Origin: Schaalia meyeri
GTDB taxonomy: Bacteria; Actinomycetota; Actinomycetes; Actinomycetales; Actinomycetaceae
Length of the DNA stretch: 32,000 bases
Direction of reading: 5' to 3'
Assembly (NCBI RefSeq): GCF_900105015.1
Contig: NZ_FNLK01000005.1
Span: forward strand, 270,001-302,000
The position numbers and the translations under genes were made by a program. This document shows positions 1 to 7,768 of this stretch, in pieces. The notes below the pieces were generated by a model. It worked only from the letters and a program-made list of their open reading frames with translations, searched no databases and had not been told where the DNA came from. Each line of letters starts with the position of its first letter. Position 1 is the stretch's first letter.

Positions 1-195
1 GGCCGCGCCGGATTCTACGAGGGCCACCACGCGCGGCTCCTCAATGGCGGCATCGAGATCCGGGTCGAGCAGGAATGCGTGCAGGTAGACCTCGGTCGCA
101 TCGCCGTGATCGAAACGCTCGAGGGCTGCGCGCAGGTGACGCAGACCCAGGTAGCTCCACGGATCGCAGGTGTCGAGCCACATGTCTATACGCAC
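1..195 (-). CDS. DsbA-family thioredoxin-fold protein (FrnE / 2-hydroxychromene-2-carboxylate isomerase-like); N-terminal part only, continues beyond the window start
   Basis: The minus strand reads VRIDMWLDTCDPWSYLGLRHLRAALERFDHGD..., matching the N-terminal xIDIWSDxxCPWCYxG pattern of DsbA/FrnE proteins. GTG at 195 lies 4 nt after AGGAGG (complement of 200-205). ATG at 183 is an alternative start. Confidence 0.55.
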   Translation of the reverse strand, partial: MRIDMWLDTCDPWSYLGLRHLRAALERFDHGDATEVYLHAFLLDPDLDAAIEEPRVVALVESGAA

Positions 196-216
196 GGCGC
201 CTCCTAGTCATGCACG

Positions 217-246
217 GAAAACCCCGGGGCCTTGGGGCCCCGGGGT
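217..246 (-). terminator. Rho-independent terminator downstream of tRNA-Leu
   Basis: An 11-bp GC stem (221-231 ACCCCGGGGCC pairs with 236-246 GGCCCCGGGGT) has a 4-nt loop. On the minus strand it is followed by TTTT (complement of 217-220). Confidence 0.5.
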
Positions 247-252
247 GTCTCG

Positions 253-339
253 TGCGCGGAGGGGGACTTGAACCCCCACCCTCGTAAAATGAGGACTAGC
301 ACCTCAAGCTAGCGCGTCTGCCTATTCCGCCACCCGCGC
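253..339 (-). tRNA. tRNA-Leu (anticodon GAG)
   Basis: The reverse complement folds as a class II tRNA. Acceptor is GCGCGGG/UCCGCGC with discriminator A. Anticodon stem is CUAGC/GCUAG with loop UUGAGGU (GAG). The long variable arm is CCUC-AUUUUAC-GAGG and the T arm is GGGGG-UUCAAGU-CCCCC. No CCA is encoded. Confidence 0.9.
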
Positions 340-418
340 AGGTCAGCGACGCGAACCGTTGTGATCCGCAAGCGGATAGAAGCCTAGCACGACCTGGTCA
401 CCATACGCCAATCGAAAG

Positions 419-907
419 CTAGGTGTCCTTCCGATCACCGCGCAGGCGAGAATCGAGGGTCGAAAATACCTGTGCAATCGAGTCGATATCTTCGTCGGTC
501 ATGCCGTCCAAAAGGTATTCGCTGACCGTTTGCTGATGCAGCTCTGTGGCAGCAAGCACAGTCTCGACCCCCTGTGTCGTCAGGCACGCATCATATCCTC
601 GGCGATCCGTCTGAGAGGGGATGCGCTCCACCCAGCCATCGCGGGACAGGTTTGAAACCAGGTACGTAACGCGCGAGGGCGAATAGACAACCTGATCTGC
701 GAGCTCGCCCATGCGCAAACGATGCCCCGGGGCCTCCCACAGGGCGAGGAGGATGTTGTAGTCGGGCATGGACACCCCGTACGTGCGCTTCAGGCGCGTC
801 TCTAGGATCCCCTGCAGGCGACCGGACGCCTCGAAGAAGACCCGCCACGCGGCTGCACGCGCATTATTGGCCTGATCAATCGGCGTGAGCCGCGCTCGTA
901 ATTCCAT
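419..907 (-). CDS. MarR-family transcriptional regulator
   Basis: 162-aa ORF with a winged-helix core (YNILLALWEAPGHRLRMGELADQVVYSPSRVTYLVSNLSRDGWVERIPSQTDRRG), typical of MarR. It is divergent from the HAD gene. Confidence 0.85.
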   Translation of the reverse strand: MELRARLTPIDQANNARAAAWRVFFEASGRLQGILETRLKRTYGVSMPDYNILLALWEAPGHRLRMGELADQVVYSPSRVTYLVSNLSRDGWVERIPSQTDRRGYDACLTTQGVETVLAATELHQQTVSEYLLDGMTDEDIDSIAQVFSTLDSRLRGDRKDT

Positions 908-958
908 ATCCCCTCCTTCTGGTCGTTTCGGATGCTCTTCTCGGGATAATAGGGCATA

Positions 959-1666
959 GTGACTAAGAAAGCACCAACAACGTGGGGGATTTCAGTGTCT
1001 TTGAGCATTTCCGTTGTCCTTTTTGATGTCGATGGAACGATCGTCGATTCCGCTCCTGCCGTGATGCACGCTTTTCGTCGCACATTGTCAGACTTCGATC
1101 TTCCCATCCCCGACGACCGGCGCCTGCGCACCTACGTCGGCCCTCCCCTGTGGCATTCTTTTGCCGACCTGGGCTACTCGGGCACGCTCCTTGCCGACCT
1201 CGTGGCCGGTTACCGCCGCAGGTATATGGATCATTATCTGGATCCCCAGCCCTTCGCGGGTATCCCCTCCTTGCTGTGGGATCTCAGCAGGGAGGGGATA
1301 CCACTTGCGACTGCGACATCGAAGCAGGCGCCAATGGCGTTGGCGCAAATGAAACACCTGGGGCTTTCCGGAGCGTTCAGTGTGATTGCGGGCGCGACTC
1401 CCGACCCTTCTTCGACGAAGGCGACCGTCATTCACGAGGCGTTGGCACGGCTGGCTGAGCTGGGCACGGATGTGTCGCATCCACTGATCGTCGGAGACTC
1501 CGTGTGGGACGTGCGCGGAGCACACGAGGCCGGTATCCCCGTCGTCGGAGTGGGATGGGGGTATGCGACCGAAGATGGCCTGGATGACGCGGACGCTGTG
1601 TGTCAGACGGTTGAGGACCTTCGCACCTTCCTGCTCGCAGGGGCCGCGAGGAAACCATTCGACTGA
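959..1666 (+). CDS. HAD-family hydrolase (phosphoglycolate phosphatase / PpaX-like)
   Basis: HAD motif I VVLFDVDGTIVDS, motif III K in ATSK and motif IV IVGDSVWDV are present. The start is uncertain: GTG 959, or GTG 995 preceded by GGGGGA. Confidence 0.85.
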   Translation: MTKKAPTTWGISVSLSISVVLFDVDGTIVDSAPAVMHAFRRTLSDFDLPIPDDRRLRTYVGPPLWHSFADLGYSGTLLADLVAGYRRRYMDHYLDPQPFAGIPSLLWDLSREGIPLATATSKQAPMALAQMKHLGLSGAFSVIAGATPDPSSTKATVIHEALARLAELGTDVSHPLIVGDSVWDVRGAHEAGIPVVGVGWGYATEDGLDDADAVCQTVEDLRTFLLAGAARKPFD

Positions 1667-1672
1667 CGTCTC

Positions 1673-3378
1673 CTAGCGGAAGGCTCGGGAGCGCTCCTCG
1701 ACCGGGAGATTGACGGACGTCAGGCGGAAGGCTCGAATGCTGATCGCGCCGTCCCATTCGAGTCTCCCCCGAACGAGCAGCGCCGCTGATTCGAGGCTCA
1801 CGCGGCGAAACTTTTCCCATGCTCCAACGGGGACGGAAACGTTTACGAACCCGGTTTCATCTTCCACAGATAAGAACGTGACGCCCCTACCCGTGTGAGG
1901 TTGCTGGCGGTGAGTAACCATTCCGGCCACATCGACAATTCTGCCATCCAGGTGTCGCCCCAGATCGGATGCCCTCAGTGTTCCCGGGGGCAGGGTGCTC
2001 CTCACGCAGCAGAAAGGGTGCTCGCCGGGCGTCAGTCCCATCGCGCGAATGTCGGAGCACATGGATTCTGTGTGGGACAGCGGGGACAGATTGGGGGCCC
2101 GCGTCCCAATCTCACTTTCCGGTAAGAATGGTTGCCACTGCCCTGAGTGAGTCTCACAGATCGCCAACGCTCCTGCCGCCCACACTCCCTCGCGGCGCCC
2201 CACGCCCAGGCATTCGAGCGCGCCCGAAAGCGCCAGCTTCTCCATGTCCCCCGCGCTCAAATGGGCCATCCGCGCCAAATCGGCCTGGCTTTCGAAGATT
2301 CCTCCCTCCCTGGCCTCAATGATTCTCTCGGCTGCCCGTCCCAGGCCTCGCACCTGGGACAGGCCGATAGGTACCGCCAGCGTGGGATCCGCATCCAGGG
2401 GGACAATCTGGCGAGAGGGAAGCGGATCCGCGCGCCCGGCTCGGTAGATGTTTCCAAACGAGCCTTCTCCCACCCGCCCTACTCCGGCTTCCAGGAGCGA
2501 ATCGTTGACAGAAGGCCCCAGGATCCTCACCCCGTGCCGACGCGCGTCCTGCACCAGAGTCGCCGGCGAATAGAAACCCATCGGCTGACAGGCCAGGATC
2601 GTCGCATAAAAGTGTTCGGGCGCATGCACCTTCAGCCATGCGGATGCGTACACGATGTGCGCGAACGAAAAAGAATGAGACTCCGGGAAACCGAAGTGTG
2701 CAAAGCACCTGAGCTGTTCGTATATGCGCTCGCGGGTGGGTAGGTCGATCCCGCGCACTTTCCTCCCCGCCATGAGGTTCCCCTTGAGGGCCTCCATGCG
2801 TTCGGTGCTTCGCTTGGCGCCCATGGCGCGACGCAGCTGGTCCGCCCGGGCACCGGACAGGCCCGCCGCATCCGATGCAATGTGCATCAGCTGTTCCTGG
2901 AACAGTGGCACTCCCAAGGTCTGACGCAGCGCGGGCTGAAGGAGCGGATGCAGGTAGGTCACCTCTTCACGGCCAGCACGACGACGCAGATAAGGATTGA
3001 CCGCCCTTCCCTGCATGGGGCCCGGCCGCACCAGGGCCACCTCTACGACGATGTTGTAGAAACAACGCGGCTTCAACCGAGGCAACGTGTTCATCTGCGC
3101 GCGACTCCACCTGGAAAACACCCACGGTATCTGCGGCACACAGCAGGTCGTACACGCGCGGATCGTCCTCGGGCAATGTATGCAGCCCAAGGAGTGCTTC
3201 CTCGCCTTCGCGCAACGCGCGATGAGCCCACCCCGTAGCGGTGGGTGCTCGCCACCGGGCGGACGGGGGGCGCGCGCCCCCCGGTCAGCACGATCAGGTC
3301 TCTCCCAGCCCCACTCACGTCGTTGAGGCTGTAGCGCGGGGCACGATTCCCCTTCGCCGTCAAAGCCCGCTCACTCAT
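1673..3378 (-). pseudogene. dnaE2: dnaE2 (error-prone DNA polymerase III alpha, ImuC) remnant, frameshifted with large deletions
   Basis: The C-terminal roughly 500 aa are open and carry DnaE/DnaE2 motifs: [49 protein letters not shown] and the OB-fold end VTFLSVEDETGFVNV. The preceding motif [11 protein letters not shown] is in a different frame (ORF 2967..3215), with the shift at about 3095. A third frame (3091..3378) holds only a short ...IVLTGG... piece. The total is about 570 codons versus more than 1000 for the intact family. The PHP domain and the palm with catalytic aspartates are not present. Confidence 0.8.
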
Positions 3379-3460
3379 CGCCCCACCAGATTCGCGTATC
3401 CCCTATCAGGAAGCTAAATGCGCTGTGAGCGTGCAGTTCCGCGTACCGTCGTTCATTGAC

Positions 3461-3506
3461 CACACCCCCATTCTATCGAACAAATGTTCGATAGAATGGG
3501 GGTGTG
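3461..3506. repeat. 46-bp palindrome (21-bp perfect arms, 4-nt spacer) centred on a LexA box
   Basis: CACACCCCCATTCTATCGAAC-AAAT-GTTCGATAGAATGGGGGTGTG, read directly. The arms are exact reverse complements. Confidence 0.95.
3476..3491. promoter_or_regulatory. LexA operator (actinobacterial SOS box TCGAAC-N4-GTTCGA) flanked by mirrored TAGAAT -10-like hexamers
   Basis: TCGAACAAATGTTCGA matches the mycobacterial/actinobacterial SOS-box consensus exactly. TAGAAT lies at 3492-3497 on the plus strand and at 3470-3475 on the minus strand. It sits between the dnaE2 remnant (minus) and the ADH (plus). Confidence 0.7.
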
Positions 3507-4613
3507 TGCCGCATGACATATCCTGGTGGCATGGACTTCATGTACGCGGCGTCACTCGAATCACCCGGCTCACTGACCCTGCAGACGCGTCCGCTGCCGC
3601 CTGTGGGGCCACGCGACGTCCTCCTCGCCATCGAGGCCACGACTCTGTGCGGGACAGACCTGCGTATCATGACGGGGCAAAAGACGAACGGCGTTACTCC
3701 CGGCGTGGTTCTGGGGCACGAGATTGCCGCACGCGTCTGGCGAATCGGAAGCGACCTGACTCCCGGACGCGACGTGCCGGCACCCGGCACACAGGTGGGG
3801 CTGGCCCCAGAAATTGCCTGCGGGCGATGCGGTCCCTGCAGCGTCGGACGCTCCAACGTCTGTACGAATATGCGGCTATTTGGAACCGGGGTTGACGGCG
3901 GGCTCGCAGACTTCGTCCACGTGCCGAGGCACGCACTGGCATGCATCACCCCAACTGAACGCGAGATCGCTCCCTCTCTCCTCGCCTTGGCCGAGCCCCT
4001 TTCGTGCTGTCTGCGGGCCGCGAGCCGCCTGCCCATCGGGCCCGGTTCGCGCATCCTTATCATTGGGACGGGCCCCATCGGCCTCATCCACTGCGCGCTG
4101 GCCTCTTCCTTGGGCGCAGAGGTGATGGCGTGCGGTCGTCCCGCCCGTCTCGCCCCGGCCCTTGGCCTCGGGGCCCGGGCCACGACGTCTTCCCAGGGCA
4201 CCGACCTCGTCCGGGATGTGCGCGAATGGACGAAAAACCTCGGCGCCGATGTCGTCATCATCGCCGTGGGTGATCCACGCCTGGTATCCATCGCCGCCCA
4301 GTGCGCGGCTGTCGGTGGACACGTCTCGTGCTTTGCCGGTTTCCCGCAAACGACGCTCGCCGAAATAGACCCGAACCTCATCCATTACCGCGAACTCACC
4401 CTCTCGGGCAGCGCCAACGCGACACTGAGCGATTACGCTGCGGCCGTTGATGCTCTATCGAATGGAAGGATCGACCTATCCCGTCTCATCACGCACGAGT
4501 TCCCCCTGCGAGACGTTATCCCAGCCCTCGAAGCCGTGCGCACACGTGCAGGACTAAAAGTTGCCGTGTACCCCGATCCTTCCCGCTCATGTGCTAGTCG
4601 AGGAGCCCCCTGA
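3504..4613 (+). CDS. Zinc-dependent alcohol/polyol dehydrogenase (MDR superfamily, sorbitol/threonine dehydrogenase-like)
   Basis: Catalytic Zn ligands are present (TLCGTD, GHE). The structural Zn motif is CGRCGPCSVGRSNVC. The Rossmann motif is IIGTGPIGL. The start is ambiguous (GTG 3504, ATG 3513, 3531 or 3540). The 3' end overlaps the convergent helicase gene by 20 nt. Confidence 0.85.
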   Translation: MCRMTYPGGMDFMYAASLESPGSLTLQTRPLPPVGPRDVLLAIEATTLCGTDLRIMTGQKTNGVTPGVVLGHEIAARVWRIGSDLTPGRDVPAPGTQVGLAPEIACGRCGPCSVGRSNVCTNMRLFGTGVDGGLADFVHVPRHALACITPTEREIAPSLLALAEPLSCCLRAASRLPIGPGSRILIIGTGPIGLIHCALASSLGAEVMACGRPARLAPALGLGARATTSSQGTDLVRDVREWTKNLGADVVIIAVGDPRLVSIAAQCAAVGGHVSCFAGFPQTTLAEIDPNLIHYRELTLSGSANATLSDYAAAVDALSNGRIDLSRLITHEFPLRDVIPALEAVRTRAGLKVAVYPDPSRSCASRGAP

Positions 4614-7600
4614 AATCAGCAGCACTCAAGCGCGCCCCCGTGCCTGTCCCACTCATCACGGACGAAATCAGCTGCCGCTTGCGATCCTGCAGCTCCACGA
4701 CCTTCGCCTCGATCGTGTCAGCGGCGACCAAGCGGTACACGTTCACCTTCTTCGTCTGGCCGATGCGGTGCGCGCGGTCGATCGCCTGTTCCTCGGCAGC
4801 GGGATTCCACCAGGGATCCATCACGTACACGTAGTCCGCTTCTGTCAGGGTCAAGCCAGACCCGCCCGCTTTGAGCGAAATCAAAAACACCTGTGCCCGC
4901 CCCGAGCGGAAGCTCTCGATCACGCTATCGCGGTCCCGCGTGGACCCATCTAGCTGCGCGACTAACACTCCCCGGCGTTCCAAGACGTGACGAATGCGCG
5001 CCAAGAAGGATGTGAACTGGCTAAACACCAAGGCACGATGCCCCAGTGGAACAATCTCGTCCAGGCGATCGGCCAGGTACTCAATCTTCGCGGACCCCAC
5101 GTGGGCGTACGACTCACCAACGAGCGCGGGGTCCAGCGCCAACTGGCGCAACCTCGTTATCGAGGAGAGCACGCTCATTCGATTCGCATCCATATCAGAG
5201 AGCAGATCCAGGATGCGGGCGCGCTCACGCGCGAGATGCTGGTCGTAAATTCGGCGATGCTCCTGACCCAAGTCGACGCGCACGACGTCAACGACCTTGT
5301 CGGGCAGATCCTTGGCCACCTGTTCCTTCGTGCGACGCAAGATGAACGGTGCGACGTAGGATGTCAGGCGAGCGAGCTTCACGAGATCTGCGCCGTGTTC
5401 GATCGGTCTGCAAAGCTTGTGGCGAAAGACGTCCCACGGCGGCAGCAGGCCGGGGCAGGCCAACGAGAGGAGCGCCCACAGGTCGCTGAGCGAGTTTTCC
5501 ATCGGGGTGCCGCTGACCGCCAGCCTCCACGGCGCGTCCAACTCGCGAAGCGCCCGATACGTGGCGGTACGGGGATTCTTGACGGTTTGCGCCTCGTCGA
5601 TGACGACGCCGCCCACGCGGATATGCTTCCACTGGTCCGACTCCAGGCGAAGCAACGTGTAGGAGGTGACCACCACGTCCGCCCCATCGATTTCCTGCTC
5701 GAGGCCAGTCCCTCTCCGGGCGGATGTTTCCGTCACCGCGCGCACGCGCAGTGACGGCATAAACTTCGTGGCTTGCTCGCTCCACACCCTCACTACAGAG
5801 GTCGGGGCGACCACCAAAACAGGAGCTCCGCCGAGCCCCGCGCCCCGCGCATGCATTGCCGCAATGGCAGAGAGGATCTGCACGGTCTTGCCCAGGCCCA
5901 TGTCGTCAGCAAGGATCCCTCCGAATCCTTTGACCAAGCGAGCGGTTAGCCACGCGTGACCATCCAGCTGATACGGACGCAGGATGCGAGCGAGAGCGGG
6001 TAGCGGCGGCAGTCCTTCGTCGCCACGGTTTTTGAGCGCAGCGACGCGCGTGCGCCACTCCTTCGACGCATGAACGCTGTCGGCCTCGCTCGCCAGCATG
6101 TCGAAAATACCGACCTGTAGAGCCGACAGGCGCACCCCTTCGCCCTCCCAGCCCACCAACGCGCGCGCCTCCTCCAGTAGCCCCTCAAGCAAGCGAATGC
6201 GATCTCCATCCAGACGCACCCACACGCCGTCGACTGGAACGTATCTCTCCCCTCGTCCAAGGGCTTTCAGCGCCTCGCGTACGCTGATCGAGTGCTCCCC
6301 CAGGCGTAGCCGGACGTTCAGATCGAACCAGTCCGTCCCATTCGCCTCAATCTGCACGTCGACGCCCATGGCATCGTCACATACCTCGATCTCGCGCACG
6401 TCCTGTTCGATGTCCCACACGAGGCCATCTGGCGCCTTACGGTCCACGACAGCCGTCAGAAAGTCCGGTACCTGCCACGGAGAGATGCGCACCGTTCCCG
6501 CGAGGCCCGGCCACGCCGCGCCGCCCCGCGACCGCCCCCACCGGTCGATGCGACGCACCAGGGCGGACACGACCTCGTCTCTCAGACAGTGGACAATGGG
6601 TGTGCGCGAACGCGACTCACCCATCGTGTACTCCGCCCACCAGCGCACAGCGACCGAATCGCCATCGCGGCGCACCGTCCCCACGATGACAACCTGGGGG
6701 GCTGTGCGAGGATCGAAGCTCCCATCGGAGGAACTGATCGCAAAACGCCTGCGCAACTCGGGCAGCCAGGTTCCACGAAACTCCGCGATGTCGGCTGAAG
6801 GAATTCTCAGCGGACGCTCCAGGGGGAAGCCGTCGAGCGAGGCGAGGCCCTCGATGCGCGCCACGCGCGTGCCGCCTTCGAGGAACAGCAAACCCGTATC
6901 CCGATCGATGCGGGGAAGCTGCACGACTCGTTCCCCATTGCGAGCCACCACCCGTACCCCCAGCCCCGCTTCGTCCGACACCACGTCGATATCCGCATCC
7001 CAGGTCGCATGCGACACCACGAAGGGGTCCTCGTCCGCCGTCGACGAGAACAGCTCCACCCCCGCGCGCACGAGTCGATTCAGCCACGCGTACGCCTGCT
7101 CGCCCAACGATGTCAGAGTCACCTCCGTCCTGGAATGCCACGAACGAGACTCGCGCGACAGACGGTATCCCTCGCGCAACAACGATACGTGGGTCGGATC
7201 CAAACCGTCCGTAACCGACGCCCACTGCGTGGCCGTCAGGTCGAGCCACGAGGCCCGCTTTGCCGTCCAGCTGGCCCCGGTCCCTCTGCGCAACGGCGTC
7301 AAAGTAGCTTCCGCGCTCGGGTCGTGTGCGTCAACCACGAGGGCGAGCGGTTCGCCGCGCCGCTCGCGAGCGGATCCGAGCACCCTTTCCAGGACGCGGC
7401 TCCACTCGGGCACACTGAGCTGGCACTCACGTGCCTCTTCGCGCGCGGCGATCAGCGTTGCGACTACATGAGGGCAATCCGAACGCAAGGCGCACGCACA
7501 CGCCGCCGTCGGGCGAAGCGCCCCCAGGGTGATGCGCACGCGATAGGCGAGCCCGGCCTCCTTTACTCGCGCCTCCACCCGCGCACCGGCTTCGTCCCAC

Positions 7601-7728
7601 GCGAGCTCTCGCACCGCTCCCCCGCGCACCAAACGCAGGCCGTTCGCCCACGTCGCCGGACCGACAAGCGCCATCAAGTCGTCGTCAGACATCGAAGCGA
7701 GAGTTTCGCGCAGCGATGAAAATATCAT
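4594..7728 (-). CDS. SNF2/Rad54-family helicase with N-terminal SWIM zinc finger (HelZ-like)
   Basis: Uninterrupted 1044-aa ORF. The SWIM motif CACALRSDCPH (CxCx5CxH) lies at about nt 7468-7500. The helicase motifs are LADDMGLGKT (I), VIDEAQTVKN (II), SGTPMEN (III) and LTEADYVYVMDPWWNPAAEEQAIDRAHRIGQ (V/VI). Confidence 0.9.
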   Translation of the reverse strand: MIFSSLRETLASMSDDDLMALVGPATWANGLRLVRGGAVRELAWDEAGARVEARVKEAGLAYRVRITLGALRPTAACACALRSDCPHVVATLIAAREEARECQLSVPEWSRVLERVLGSARERRGEPLALVVDAHDPSAEATLTPLRRGTGASWTAKRASWLDLTATQWASVTDGLDPTHVSLLREGYRLSRESRSWHSRTEVTLTSLGEQAYAWLNRLVRAGVELFSSTADEDPFVVSHATWDADIDVVSDEAGLGVRVVARNGERVVQLPRIDRDTGLLFLEGGTRVARIEGLASLDGFPLERPLRIPSADIAEFRGTWLPELRRRFAISSSDGSFDPRTAPQVVIVGTVRRDGDSVAVRWWAEYTMGESRSRTPIVHCLRDEVVSALVRRIDRWGRSRGGAAWPGLAGTVRISPWQVPDFLTAVVDRKAPDGLVWDIEQDVREIEVCDDAMGVDVQIEANGTDWFDLNVRLRLGEHSISVREALKALGRGERYVPVDGVWVRLDGDRIRLLEGLLEEARALVGWEGEGVRLSALQVGIFDMLASEADSVHASKEWRTRVAALKNRGDEGLPPLPALARILRPYQLDGHAWLTARLVKGFGGILADDMGLGKTVQILSAIAAMHARGAGLGGAPVLVVAPTSVVRVWSEQATKFMPSLRVRAVTETSARRGTGLEQEIDGADVVVTSYTLLRLESDQWKHIRVGGVVIDEAQTVKNPRTATYRALRELDAPWRLAVSGTPMENSLSDLWALLSLACPGLLPPWDVFRHKLCRPIEHGADLVKLARLTSYVAPFILRRTKEQVAKDLPDKVVDVVRVDLGQEHRRIYDQHLARERARILDLLSDMDANRMSVLSSITRLRQLALDPALVGESYAHVGSAKIEYLADRLDEIVPLGHRALVFSQFTSFLARIRHVLERRGVLVAQLDGSTRDRDSVIESFRSGRAQVFLISLKAGGSGLTLTEADYVYVMDPWWNPAAEEQAIDRAHRIGQTKKVNVYRLVAADTIEAKVVELQDRKRQLISSVMSGTGTGARLSAADFRGLLD

Positions 7729-7768
7729 CCTTTCAGTCTACGGCACGGCCTTCTTGCGCATCGCCGCG

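Noticed and set aside
253-1666. tRNA-Leu as an integration site for a genomic island (MarR, HAD downstream)
   Set aside because: There is no integrase, no direct repeat of the tRNA 3' end that I could find, and no compositional break. The flanking genes are ordinary.
3425-3895. 156-aa plus-strand ORF starting in the dnaE2/ADH intergenic region and running through the palindrome
   Set aside because: It is out of frame with the well-supported ADH, its translation is Arg-rich junk, and it reads straight through the regulatory palindrome.
6098-7471. 457-aa plus-strand ORF antisense to the SNF2 helicase gene
   Set aside because: It is Ser/Arg/Thr/Pro-rich low-complexity translation with no recognisable motifs. 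It lies entirely inside a gene with strong motif support on the other strand. This is typical of stop-poor antisense frames in GC-rich DNA.
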